Of a stretch of DNA of 64,000 nucleotides, positions 38,092 through 50,494 are shown piece by piece. The stretch is from Octopus bimaculoides. Lineage: Eukaryota. Position 1 is the first letter of the stretch; the number at the start of each line of letters is the position of its first letter. Location: positions 172,037,162 through 172,101,161 of the forward strand of contig NC_068981.1 of the NCBI RefSeq assembly GCF_001194135.2. The letters are read 5' to 3'. A program made the position numbers and the translations under genes. Below the pieces are notes generated by a model. It was not told the origin of the DNA. It was given only the letters and a program-made list of their open reading frames with translations, and made no database searches.

Positions 38092-38787
38092 CAATGTAAA
38101 TAAATCCTGTTTTTCTATTGTTGACAGTTTTTTTTCTGGACCCTTCGATACTGGTTCTTTGATTCACTGAGTGACAAATTTCGCTCCAACCCGTACAATT
38201 CTTTATTTTCCGTAAAAATTTCTTATTTACTTTCTGCCCGTCGTAATAAGAAACATAATTTCCGTTACCAAGTTATTTTCATTGTTTACTATCTTCTGCA
38301 CTCATGTATTTCTGTATACGTATATAACCATGCCTAGAAGGAAAGTGTCAAATTTGTCTACAATGTCAAGGTCAGCCCCAAAAATGTCTCTGTCCAGGGA
38401 AAGGGAGACAGCTACAGAAACGGAAGCACGCCAAGAAACGAACGGGTTGTGCATTACAAAAGCCAGAGCATCTCAAAGTCATGAACAGAGGTATGCACAG
38501 CTGACAAGGAATAGGATGTCCACTGCAGAACGAAGAGCAGTTGCAATAGCTCAAAGAAGCAACTTCTATGAAGCAGCTTTCAATTATGATCCAGCAGTTC
38601 ATTATGCAGATGACACTAGTGTTTCCATTGGTGCAATGACAACTGAGTGCATACATTGTAAAGCAAGGAAGTTACCTGGAGTGACACCTGCACTGTGCTA
38701 CTAGCAGTTGAAACCTACGTAATCTAGACAGCATTTTAAAATTTCATTATTCTCTTTAACCCGGGCAACACCGGGTATTTCTGCTGG
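38092..38787 (+). mobile_element. Non-autonomous Helitron 3' part (5' end lies in the gap)
   Basis: Perfect hairpin ACCCGG-GCAACA-CCGGGT at 38759-38776, then CTGG (CTRR) at 38784-38787 followed by T; contains a RepHel N-terminal ORF. Confidence 0.85.
38330..38704 (+). CDS. Truncated Helitron RepHel N-terminal ORF (124 aa)
   Basis: MPRRKVSNLS..., Arg/Glu/Gln-rich helical segment, AAFNYDPAVHY, IGAMTTECIHCKARKLPGVTPALC match the N-terminal zinc-finger region of Helitron Rep-helicases. No internal stop or frameshift; expression unknown. Confidence 0.7.
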   Translation: MPRRKVSNLSTMSRSAPKMSLSRERETATETEARQETNGLCITKARASQSHEQRYAQLTRNRMSTAERRAVAIAQRSNFYEAAFNYDPAVHYADDTSVSIGAMTTECIHCKARKLPGVTPALCY

Positions 38788-38793
38788 TGCATT

Positions 38794-39301
38794 CAGGGGT
38801 TGGACAAAAACATGGAAACACCTTAAAATTTCAAACAAATTTATTTTAGTATCGGGTAGGACCGCCTTTGGCAGTAATTACAGCTTGAATTCTATGAGGT
38901 ATGGACTCATAGAAAATTTGAATTGCTTCCAAAGGAATGTTTGTCCAATCTTCAGCTAAAGCAGTATCCAGTTCTTGTAGTGATGATGGTGGAGGATATC
39001 GACTCCTTACTTGTTTTTCTATAATGCACCATAAATGTTCAATAATATTAAGATCTGGGGATTGTGGTCGCCAGATAAGATGTTCAACTTCACTAGAATG
39101 TTCCTCGTGTCATTCAGTAACAAATTTAGCTGTGTGAATTGGTGCATTATCATCCTGAAAGATTGTTTCCTTCCGGAAACAGTTCCGCAACCATAGGATG
39201 AATTTCATCAGATAAACTGCTTATATGGTCTTGACTATTAATTCTGTCATGAAGGGAAACCATTGGGCAGGCGGATTTCCAAGATATAGCCCCCCCCCCC
39301 C
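38794..39301 (-). mobile_element. Tc1-like (DD34E) transposon 3' part; the rest is lost in the gap
   Basis: TIR CAGGGGTTGGACAAAAACATGGAAACACC. Minus strand FQDDNAPIHTAKFVTE...WRPQSPDLNIIEHLW...AKGGPTRY*. Confidence 0.9.
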
Positions 39302-40080
39302 NNNNNNNNNNNNNNNNNNNNNNNNNNNNNNNNNNNNNNNNNNNNNNNNNNNNNNNNNNNNNNNNNNNNNNNNNNNNNNNNNNNNNNNNNNNNNNNNNNN
39401 NNNNNNNNNNNNNNNNNNNNNNNNNNNNNNNNNNNNNNNNNNNNNNNNNNNNNNNNNNNNNNNNNNNNNNNNNNNNNNNNNNNNNNNNNNNNNNNNNNNN
39501 NNNNNNNNNNNNNNNNNNNNNNNNNNNNNNNNNNNNNNNNNNNNNNNNNNNNNNNNNNNNNNNNNNNNNNNNNNNNNNNNNNNNNNNNNNNNNNNNNNNN
39601 NNNNNNNNNNNNNNNNNNNNNNNNNNNNNNNNNNNNNNNNNNNNNNNNNNNNNNNNNNNNNNNNNNNNNNNNNNNNNNNNNNNNNNNNNNNNNNNNNNNN
39701 NNNNNNNNNNNNNNNNNNNNNNNNNNNNNNNNNNNNNNNNNNNNNNNNNNNNNNNNNNNNNNNNNNNNNNNNNNNNNNNNNNNNNNNNNNNNNNNNNNNN
39801 NNNNNNNNNNNNNNNNNNNNNNNNNNNNNNNNNNNNNNNNNNNNNNNNNNNNNNNNNNNNNNNNNNNNNNNNNNNNNNNNNNNNNNNNNNNNNNNNNNNN
39901 NNNNNNNNNNNNNNNNNNNNNNNNNNNNNNNNNNNNNNNNNNNNNNNNNNNNNNNNNNNNNNNNNNNNNNNNNNNNNNNNNNNNNNNNNNNNNNNNNNNN
40001 NNNNNNNNNNNNNNNNNNNNNNNNNNNNNNNNNNNNNNNNNNNNNNNNNNNNNNNNNNNNNNNNNNNNNNNNNNNNNNNN

Positions 40081-40146
<66 letters not shown>

Positions 40147-41280
40147 TCGCACTTGTATGAACATATAGAGGGAAAGGACAATAGATAAACAAGGATACAC
40201 AAGCAGTTTGAATGTATATCCTACACGTGCATCTCATACGAGGAAAGATTAATAGACTGACAAACTTATCTTAATCTTACTATTTGATAACGTGTTTCTT
40301 GAATGTTCAACTTTTGTTAACCATTAATATTTTCTTACAAACAGCTGCACAAAGGCTCATCTTCCACACATTGTACACACAGATCAGAAACTGGAACATG
40401 ACTAAGACGCTACTTTATCAATTATTACAACTTCTGTGTTCCTAGAACGCACGTATTGCGAGATGTTCGCTTGTTTCCTCGTTGTTTGCCTTTAGTGTTC
40501 TTGTTCATTGCCTTATTTATCCGTTCGTTTGTTTTTACGTACTTTCTACTTTTCCTCCAAAAATCGTTAATGCTAGGTAAGACATAGAAATTGTATTCTT
40601 AATTCGTTTTATACTTCGCTGCTTTTTTCTTTTGTTTTTCAATCAAGTTTTAGTTTCTTTTTGAAGCTTTCGATAACCAACTCCTTTTATTCTTAACATA
40701 ATTCTTCGAGTGGTCATGCCAAACTGCTTCAGTAGTCATTATCACATTGGTTTCACTTTCATCTTTCTCTTAACATCTAGGAGACTTTCTAAGAAAATCT
40801 AAGAACAAAGGATATCTGCCACCACTTGATGTTGTGGCTCATCAGCTAAAACACTGGAACCAGCGAATTCAGTGCTTATATTTTGAAACGAATATTTTTC
40901 TAGGATTCTTAAGATATAATGTGAAAAGTAAATTATTCTGTGAGTATCATAGAGCAATTCCAATTTGAAACAATATGTTGTTGATTTTGTGCTCTATATG
41001 TCTTATGAAACCATGGATGTCCACCTGGAATATTCTTCTCGAAAGCTCATGTCTTGTCAAGAGTTTTGGAGGGGGTTTTAAGGAAAGCTAACCTGGTTTG
41101 AGTATTAAGGAGAAGCACCATAGTTTAAAAAAATACTTCAAGATCTTTCTTAAAACAAGAATCAGACACATGCAGGAAAGCGTGTGCACAAGAGTTCAAC
41201 GTCAGCAAAGATGCTTATGGTTCACGAAAATGTCCAATGAAGGTCTGTTATTTTTATAGTTATTTTTAGTTTCTAGCATA

Positions 41281-41820
41281 GGTATAAAGTATGAAATTTG
41301 GGGGTCCAATTTTTTATGTCATCCACAGTATTTGATTGGTACTTTAATTTATCGACCCCAGAAGGATGAAAGGCAACTTTTAACACGGCGAGATTTGAAC
41401 TCAGAACAAGAAGAGCTGAAACAAATACTGGAAAAATGTGTCTTGAAATATTTATTCCAGCTTTTTACGTTCTGGGTCCAATTCCCGTAATTATCAACAT
41501 TGTCTTTCATCCGTTTAGGATCGATAAAATAAAGTACCAGTCTAGTACTGAGATCAATATAATCGACTAATTTTAACCCCCACAAACTACTGGTCTTGTG
41601 CTTAAAATAGAAATCATTATCGTTATTACTATTATTACCAAGTTTAGGGCGGTTAGCTGGCAGAATCTTTAGCACGTCGGAGAAAATGATAAACGGCCGA
41701 GATCAACTTTACATTTCATGCTTTCAGGGTCGCTAAAATAAGTACCAGTCAAGTGATGTAACCGACTACACTCTCTCCTCCAAATATTGGCCTTCTGTCA
41801 AGACTTTGAAACGATTATTA
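41281..41820. mobile_element. Cluster of three SINE family A copies (minus about 41281-41425; plus about 41455-41625 and 41645-41820)
   Basis: Body motifs ATCGACCCCAGAAGGATGAAAGGC (minus) and CTTTCATCC...GATAAAATAA.GTACCAG (plus); head GGCGGTTAGCTGGCAGAATC. Confidence 0.7.
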
Positions 41821-42828
41821 TCACCGTGCTTTGAACAGGTTCATTAGGCTTTTAATGAACCATCAGGGATAATTCTGTATTCCTGAAATGTGCAACTTTG
41901 TCATTTTGAGATGTAATATTGGGTTTGCAAGCTGCATCAGTTTTACTTTGTTGGAGTCTTTGTTGTTGTTATTTCCAGTGTTATTTTAGTGTTTAGTCTG
42001 TTTCTTGTGTAGAATATGGGGAATGCGAACACGACACAATGAAGTAGAGAAATTTGAAAAGACAACACGAAACCGGTTATTTCTCAAAATACAATGTTTA
42101 TATACCAAAAAGATATTATAATATTTTTCTAACATTTTTCTAACATTTTTCTGACATAATTTAAATATATACTTTAACCAAGTAACACAAGCCTTCTGTA
42201 GTTTTTTCACTCTTATTATCTTTTATACATCCAACCACGTGCTTTCACATACCAACTTTCTCACCTATATATATATATANNNNNNNNNNNNNNNNNNNNN
42301 NNNNNNNNNNNNNNNNNNNNNNNNNNNNNNNNNNNNNNNNNNNNNNNNNNNNNNNNNNNNNNNNNNNNNNNNNNNNNNNNNNNNNNNNNNNNNNNNNNNN
42401 NNNNNNNNNNNNNNNNNNNNNNNNNNNNNNNNNNNNNNNNNNNNNNNNNNNNNNNNNNNNNNNNNNNNNNNNNNNNNNNNNNNNNNNNNNNNNNNNNNNN
42501 NNNNNNNNNNNNNNNNNNNNNNNNNNNNNNNNNNNNNNNNNNNNNNNNNNNNNNNNNNNNNNNNNNNNNNNNNNNNNNNNNNNNNNNNNNNNNNNNNNNN
42601 NNNNNNNNNNNNNNNNNNNNNNNNNNNNNNNNNNNNNNNNNNNNNNNNNNNNNNNNNNNNNNNNNNNNNNNNNNNNNNNNNNNNNNNNNNNNNNNNNNNN
42701 NNNNNNNNNNNNNNNNNNNNNNNNNNNNNTTTAAAGTTTTTGCAAAAAAAAACGCTATTACTTACATGCACGCATCCGCGTGTGCGCCCAATTATTTAGC
42801 TTACCAATTATTTTTGTTGGTAGTTAAT

Positions 42829-42875
<47 letters not shown>

Positions 42876-43329
42876 GTAATTGAGAATTCTGTTTGTAAGC
42901 TATGTGTTATATTGGCGGATGATAATTATGTATAAAGAGCATGTTATTGTGAGGCAATTGCGTGATTTGTGTAGTAATAAGTGGTAATTATGTAAGAATA
43001 AGTGATGTGTTACTTTATTAACTGGTGAGTGAGAGTATGTGTCGTACGAGCATGATATTATAGGTTGTCACATTGTACTAAGTGCATAGCCTCGGTGGTA
43101 GCCTTTCGTTTCATTATTTTGTTATTATTGTTATTGGTATTAGCTGATGGAACATTAACCCTAGATTATATAAACGATTAATAGCGGGATTAAGCGACAA
43201 TATTCTGTGGAGTATCTTGGGTCGATGAATGTCAGCTTAGCAGTCTTTCCTGGAAGACTTTAAGCTCTGACATTATTAACAGCTTTCAAAAATCTTTCGT
43301 CTGGCAGAAATAAACTTTAAATGCACATC

Positions 43330-43650
43330 AGCGCCGTTATTCGAACCTGCCTAAGATGCCTGGAAAACGACGGAATTGTTTTTCACTCATTCGCTCATTG
43401 TCAGGATATTACCGAACATCTGTATTAAACAGTTATTAACGCAGTGGGATGGATCCAGCTACAAACCAAATCTATCGTGAAAATTATCCGCTATATTCCT
43501 TTGACAAGGAAGAGCACCCAGTTTCCTTGGTGGTTCTGGTGAAGTAAGTAATGTGGTAGAGAAGATTGAGTGGACTGAGCGTAAGATATTTCTTCTTCGA
43601 CCAAATCATCATTAACTTTACCAAGCACTACTTGAAATAAAAGATGAAGT
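43330..43650 (+). mobile_element. Tx1/L1-like ORF2 C-terminal zinc-finger remnant
   Basis: CLRCLENDGIVFHSFAHCQ fits the CX2C...HX4C motif; heavily decayed. Confidence 0.4.
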
Positions 43651-44030
43651 GCGAAGTGCTACCATCTAGTAAATTGGCTGAAAGTTATTTAAGTGTAGCA
43701 AGCAGGATTCGAGCAAAAGGATTTACTCTGAATGTGAAACGAATTGGTCCAAAGCATCTGCTTCTCGCCGGGGCCATTTCATCGCAAATATTTCTATTTT
43801 CTTTGCTCTTTGTGTCTTATCACATACATGAAGTAAACATCAACACCTTAACGTTTTATAATTTCTTGTTGTAATGTCTCCTATCCGGCAATGTTATTAG
43901 TGTTTGTTTTTTTATGGCATGGACAGCCAAACAATCTCAATGTCTTGATAATATACGTAAAAATATTGTATCATCAAGTATCACAAAACTGACAGAATCT
44001 GGAAGGCATTAAGTATACTAGAAAACTCAT

Positions 44031-44269
44031 GAAGAAGGCGGCGAGCTGGCAGAAACGTTAGCACGCCGGGCGAAATGCTTAGCGGTATTTCGTCTGCCGT
44101 TACGTTCAGAGTTCAAATTCCGCCGAGGTCGACTTTGCCATTCATCCTTTCGGGGGCGATAAATTAAGTACCAGTTACGCACTGGGGTCGATGCAATGGA
44201 CTTAATCCCTTTGTCTGTCTTTGTTTGTCTCCTCTGTGTTTGGCCCCTTGTGGACAGTAAAGAAATAAG
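44031..44269 (+). mobile_element. SINE family A, full length, tail type 1, low divergence
   Basis: Closely matches 39-271 from head to the AAATAAGAA end. Confidence 0.9.
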
Positions 44270-44889
44270 AAAACCCTTATTTATTTTGAATTCATTTTCG
44301 GTTTTTGTTTGTTTTTGTGGAGGGTTTTTTTACTAGATAATATTGTGTAGTCCTACAAGAGATATTTTATAATATCCTTAACTCCCTGTATTTGCAGTAA
44401 ATATAATCTTTATATACCATATTTTGAATTATAAAAAGCGGTCAGTTTTTCTTGTTTTTCTGTCCAATCATATGATCCGTTTAGTGTTCAGTTGCAAATA
44501 TTATCTAGTTAAAACTACTGTTGTCTTATTTGTTTTCTTTTTTTTTTCTTCCTTTAGCTCTGTTTTAAATATTAATCTAATGTGTCTGTAATATTCTTTT
44601 CTAACCTTTTCTTTCATTTGCATGCACTATACTCTGTGTAGTTCTGTTTGGTCTCATTCTTTTATCTCTATTCTTGTTGCTAGTGTTAGTAATTAATTTT
44701 CTTCGTTAAAATGTTGCTATGTGCAAATTTTCCAATTCGAGTTTTATATCAGTTCGTTTGGTAAATCCGTGTGCTATCTGTAATAATGTCAGCAGTTGTT
44801 TATCACTCGCAGCGAACGACTTGAGACCGTCTATATATAAAAGATTGTTGATTGCCCTCCTACAGCTTTTGCAACCAAGTCTATCTAAA

Positions 44890-46038
44890 ATACATAGACG
44901 ACACCAAAGGTAATGAAGTTGTTCAAATTGCCCACGGTGGTAGAGAAGCTGTTCCTCTGTAGTAAGTTTTCTTCCTGTTCTTCTCCAGAGCAGGTAAATA
45001 ATGGGTTCCAAGTAGAAGCAACACACCGTTATTAAATCGTTGACGAAGAAGAAGTACAAACTACCCGACAGCTACAGAAGGATATATGTTGTTTACAGAG
45101 ATGACACTGTCTACTAGAGCAATGTGCACATATTAATGGAGGAGTTTAAAGAGGGGAAAGACAGCAGTTAACATAAATCACAGAGTGAGAGACCATTAAC
45201 TGCCACAGCTGAAACGAATGGCCAGTAAGTGCGCTAGCTGAATCGCGCAGATAAACGAGTTATAATATGTGAGCTTGTTACACAGCTGGATTGTAATCAC
45301 AATGCATTGGAGATGTGGGTGAAAAACATTGGGTGTCATAAAATATGCGGAAAGTGAGCAACTCAAGAAGAATGAAAATTTGTCCATAGCTGCTGGAAGC
45401 TTTTGATGCTAATGAAGACACGATTTGTTCGATCTGGTGACATGGGATGAAATGTGAACATAACTTTATAATCTAGAGACGAAGGCATAGCCCATCGAAC
45501 GGCGTCGTACTTCTTCTCCACAACGAAATATATTGAAGAGCTACTGATCAACACAGAAAGTCACGATGGCTGCTTTTTGGATGAAAACGTGATTCTCCTT
45601 GATTTTCTAGAACATGAGTATACCGACAACTGCGAGCAGTACGTTGAGACACTCGGAAGGTTTATCGAAACCCTTCGTAGGAAGAGATTGAAGAGAAATC
45701 TGAAAACACTTACATATACCATGACAATACGTGACCACATACATTTTTTGCAACAAATCAGACTATCGGCAAATTGCTTCCATCCCTACCCCGTCCACTG
45801 ACGCCCTTCGACTTCCACCTGTTCGTTCCAACGAAAGACAGTTTTCAAGAACAGCAATTTTATGACAGACAAAATGGAAGTAGTTGTAAGGGTGATACAA
45901 CAGTGCACACCCGAAGAGGATTCGATAGTTGAGCTCTATAAGGGAGTAAATGCATAGTGATAGAGACAATGTATTTCATAACTTTATTCAGAGAAAAATT
46001 TACTTTTGCACTCACTTTTGCATTAATTTCAGTAGAAC

Positions 46039-46042
<4 letters not shown>
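44890..46042 (+). mobile_element. Decayed near full-length mariner (CGAGG-type) nested in the R4-like LINE
   Basis: KQHTVIKSLT (KQRAVIEFL-like), RADKRVIICEL...KNIGCHKICGK, VILLDFLEH...YVETL, PFDFHLF; right TIR-like GCATTAATTTCAGTAGAACCCTC. Confidence 0.7.
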
Positions 46043-46089
<47 letters not shown>

Positions 46090-46170
46090 NNNNNNNNNNN
46101 NNNNNNNNNNNNNNNNNNNNNNNNNNNNNNNNNNNNNNNNNNNNNNNNNNNNNNNNNNNNNNNNNNNNNN

Positions 46171-46270
46171 AGACAGAGTCGGAGGCAGACAGAGTCGGAG
46201 GCAGACAGAGTCGGAGGCAGACAGAGTCGGAGGCAGACAGAGTCGGAGGCAGACAGAGTCGGAGGCAGAC
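46171..46270. repeat. 16-bp minisatellite (AGACAGAGTCGGAGGC)n
   Basis: About 6 perfect units after the gap at 46090-46170, adjacent to (GA)n and (GACA)n. Confidence 0.95.
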
Positions 46271-47202
46271 AGACAGAGCCATGATGTATTTGATATAACT
46301 ACTTATCATATAACTACTTATTCATACTTAGTGTTTCTCGAATCCGCATGAAGATAATACTAACAAAAGCCTTTTGATAGTTGTAGTCAATCATGATCAA
46401 ACTCTTCTAAGACTATGTTGATCACTAAGTCAACTTTACAACCTTATAAGCTTTTGGAGCATTCCGTCTGCTCTTTCGGATACAAATTATTTTATTTTTC
46501 GATGTATTTTTAACCCCTGCAATACTTATTGCAGTAAAAAGCTTAGCCAGCTATAGCAAGATATGTTATGGCTTTCTAGCGTTTACAGATTGTCATTCTT
46601 TTAGTCTTGGGGATTAAAATGGTTTTCTGCCTCAGTCTTCTTTTTTACCGTCTGGCTTTTTCAATATTTTATGAAGCATCTCAACCAGCATCAGATATTT
46701 TAAGCAAAAGATTAGGATTTTTATCATGCCCTAGTGCCTTATAGTTTGCTTATTTTTGAAGAGTCTGGACTACTCCTTGCATTGTTAAGGCCTCCACGAT
46801 AAATCATGTACCGCGTACGTTGTTTTGAATAACTCATCTGAGATGTTTTAATCGATTTCTTGCTGTTGGTGTTGCATTGATTTCTATCTTACTTTACCCT
46901 AGTTCTTCAACAAATTGTTTGGAGCTTGAACCGAGTTCCTCTTTTAGCCTTTTACTTGTTTTAACCATGCTGAAGTGCTTCCCTGTTGAGTTAGTTGAAC
47001 AACTTGGTCCCGGTACTTATTTTAAGCTTGGTGCTTATCTACTCGGTATTTTTGCCGAACCACAAACTGATGTGGACGTAAACAAACCAGCAAGCAGTGA
47101 TGCTACAAACACAAAAACACACACACCTACGCACGCACGCACATACATATATATACATGATGCACTAAAAGGGACTGAGACACAGAAAAAGCAGCAAATT
47201 GT

Positions 47203-47312
<110 letters not shown>

Positions 47313-47315
47313 GAA

Positions 47316-47352
<37 letters not shown>

Positions 47353-48539
47353 GACAGAGAGAGATGCAGATGTCAACAGGCATATATAACAAGTATAGGC
47401 ATTGCATCAATCAGTCACTGCTAACAGAATACACAATGTATACAACTGGAATTTTCTTTGCAAAACAGCAAGAATTATAGATGAAACAACGTGCTAGATA
47501 ACAAACTCTACTTATTCAATAAACTGAAAAATAAAAATATAAAGAGATTATAGCTTCTGGGTAATAGAAATGTTCTTCGTGATAATCTCAACACGAGACA
47601 ACACGAACTGAAAATAATGTCACTGCACACGAAATCTAAATAACACGCGTTTGAGACAAAAAAAAGTATAAAAAGAAAGAGAACTCTATAGTTGGCCATG
47701 TTTGTGTGTGGAGTATGTGACCCGGTTTCGATTTTCTTACAATTGTGCAACCAATGAAAGCCTTTAGGAAATATGCGTGGCCCGCTTGTATCGTTAATGC
47801 CCTTAGATAAGGGCATAAGCGTTTGCACAATGACATTTTTGCTTTATGAATCTTTGACTCATACCTATCTAAAGAGTAACAGTTGTTTGTTAATCAAGTA
47901 GATGCGAGGTGGTGTTGCGGATGCCGTTGTTTCGCCATAGGTCATCCCTGAAGGTCTAGACCTATGATCAAAGACTTTCTAACCATGACCATCCCATATT
48001 TTTTTATACAAGGGACTACATTGTCAAAATATTATTTTTCAGTTATCAGAATATCACTTTGGAGAATCATAGGCTGCAGTTTCTAGCCGATCGAGTGATA
48101 TCTTATAGGCACAACATTTACTCGCATAGAGAGGAAATAACTTCGAAGATTCTAGCTTCAATTTTTCTTTGTCTATCTCTACCAATAAAATCAATGCAAT
48201 TGAGTGGCCTTCGTTAACTCCTAGAGTGTGGATGTTTCAAAATATAACATCCGATATGAATTGTTACTTAGCACAGTGTCATGGACTGGCAATGCCTATC
48301 CTACTATTTCCAATAGTGGCAGTACACCTACTGCGATTCCAGACAATAAATCTTATGTACAATCTTCAATTTAACAGACATATTTTAGAATTACAGTCTC
48401 GAAATATTTTATCAGTGAAGCACTCATCTGTATCTTTCTGTATATTTAGTCCTTCTGTCATTGCAATATGACTATACTTGAACTCAGCTACGTTCTGTAG
48501 TGCAACCAATTACATCGAATACCAGTACATTCATCAACA

Positions 48540-48642
48540 ATCACTTATTTCACTACTCCCAGAAAGGCAAAGTGAACCAGAACGTAAAGAAACGCTGCGA
48601 AATACCATAAGATACACTGTCTGAGGTTCTACCGATTTAGCT

Positions 48643-48708
<66 letters not shown>

Positions 48709-49122
48709 ATTCTTTATAATTTTGACACAAGTAATATGAGAGAAGAGAAAAACCGATTACATCGGTCATGATGTCGACCTCGGCGGAATTTCAACTCAGA
48801 ATCTAAAGAGTCGGAAGAAATACTGCTAAGCATTTTGTCCGGTGCAGGAACGATTCAATCAACTCGAAGCTTTTTTTTTTCCAAAAATAACAACAACAAT
48901 GGTTTCAAATTTTGGCTCAAGGCCAGCAAGTTTAGGGGAGGAGTTAAGCTTATTACATCGACCTATTACATAAGTGTTCAACTGGTACTTATTTTATCGA
49001 CCCCAAAAGGAGGAAAGGTAGAATCGACCTCGGCAGAATTTGAGCTCAAAACATTAAGACGGACGAAATGTCGCTAAGCAATTTGTATGGTATGCTAACG
49101 ATACTGCCAGCTTACCACCTTA
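48540..49122 (-). mobile_element. Three SINE family A copies on the minus strand (about 48540-48642, 48720-48850, 48891-49122)
   Basis: Reverse complements give GGTGGTAAGCTGGCAGTATCGTTAGC heads and GGGGTCGATAAAATAAGTACCAG bodies; (GTA)n at 48643-48708. Confidence 0.7.
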
Positions 49123-49197
<75 letters not shown>

Positions 49198-49266
49198 AAG
49201 AAGAAGAAGAAGAAGAAGAAGAAGAAGAAGAAGAAGAAGAAGAAGAAGAAGAAGAAGAAGAAGAAG
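49123..49266. repeat. Compound (AAT)n-(AAG)n microsatellite
   Basis: Direct reading. Confidence 0.95.
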
Positions 49267-49561
49267 AGTGGATGACAATGTTAGAAACTACAGATGAGGA
49301 AGAACTAGAAACACTACTTCATGATCGTGGATTTACCAGAGAAAATTATATAAGACTTGGATTAGAAATATGCGCCAAAGCAACCTTTGGAAAAATTAAT
49401 TAAGAACATTAATCTCATATTAGATTAAGAAATAAGAGCAGACTAAACAAAGACCTACAAATACCTAAGAATTGATAAAGTAGAGAGTGTACAACACACA
49501 CACACACACCAATGAAAGAAAATATTATGAAGTAATATTTTATACGCATTAGATTAATACT

Positions 49562-49772
49562 GTCAACGGTCAGGATCAATCAGTTCAGTTATCAAACTAC
49601 TGTTGCTACCTGCAGTCGTAGCGTGCACAGATGAGACACTTCAGCTAGCGAAAGACCGATGTGACTAAAACCAACGCCAGACGATCATGCCGCATCGCTT
49701 GATCGAGACATCTGGCGTGGAAGAGTTGCATGTGTGCAGGCAAGTCGCCCGATGATGATGATGATGATGATG
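49562..49772 (+). mobile_element. Short RTE-like 3' end (or RTE-tailed SINE) with (GAT)n tail and TSD
   Basis: 11-bp TSD AGATTAATACT at 49551-49561 and 49773-49783; LDRDIWRGRV-type terminus followed by (GAT)n. Confidence 0.8.
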
Positions 49773-50494
49773 AGATTAATACTTAAAACAGAGCTAAATA
49801 TGAAGAACGTAAGGTAATATGCATTAATATTGTTGTTGATCCAGTCATAAGTTACTGAAAGCTGAAATCTAACGAAACTAAAGAACAAAAATAATCAAGA
49901 AAAATGATAACTGCAAAATCTGATACAGAAAGGTTATATTTACTACGATTTCAGAAATCTATAACATTATGCAGGTGGAAACTATTATGCAATATCAGCT
50001 ATAGGACTGTAAAATATCTTGTAAAGAATACAAACTAATACAAACAAGAAAAGAACTGTTTCTGTCTGCAAGAAACCAGCAAATACAGAACAGAAGTTGA
50101 AATGGCAAATATTTAAAAAGAAAAACAACTAACAACAGAAATTATGAAAACGCTATAATCTCAGCTAAAAAAAAAATGAGACTTCAACATGCCATGATGA
50201 AGCGATGTTAGAAAAATCTCCATACATGACCAATACGTGAGAAAGCTGAATTGTTTGAATGTAAAGAAGGAAAATTTGCAACACTCACTAAGAAGCGCAA
50301 GACTCAAAGCTAAGACTAAAAGATTTTTTTAATTCCAGCATAGGATCAATGCTTCTACATCGGAAACCATTAAAAATCTTGTAATGAAGCAGTATATATT
50401 GTGATACAGAAGAAACACTTAACTGTAATGTCTCTAACTACCCAGCATTTACCAAGAAATAATAGAGCCACAGGCATGGTACTTTGGAGATATA

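Larger units (their letters stand above)
44330..47080 (-). mobile_element. R4/Dong-like LINE RT region, split by a mariner and simple repeats
   Basis: Minus strand in the correct order: NYKALGHDK (NWKAPG-like), KTILIPKT, YQKAF...ETLSM, then INNLLYIDGLK (INHLLYMDDLK-like) and MKEKVRKEYYRHIRLIFKTEL. Confidence 0.7.

Noticed and set aside
48225-48374. Possible exon SVDVSKYNIRYELLLSTVSWTGNAYPTISNSGSTPTAIPDNKSY after CCTAG
   Set aside because: Vaguely fibronectin-III-like but only 49 codons, with no strong donor and no partner exons.
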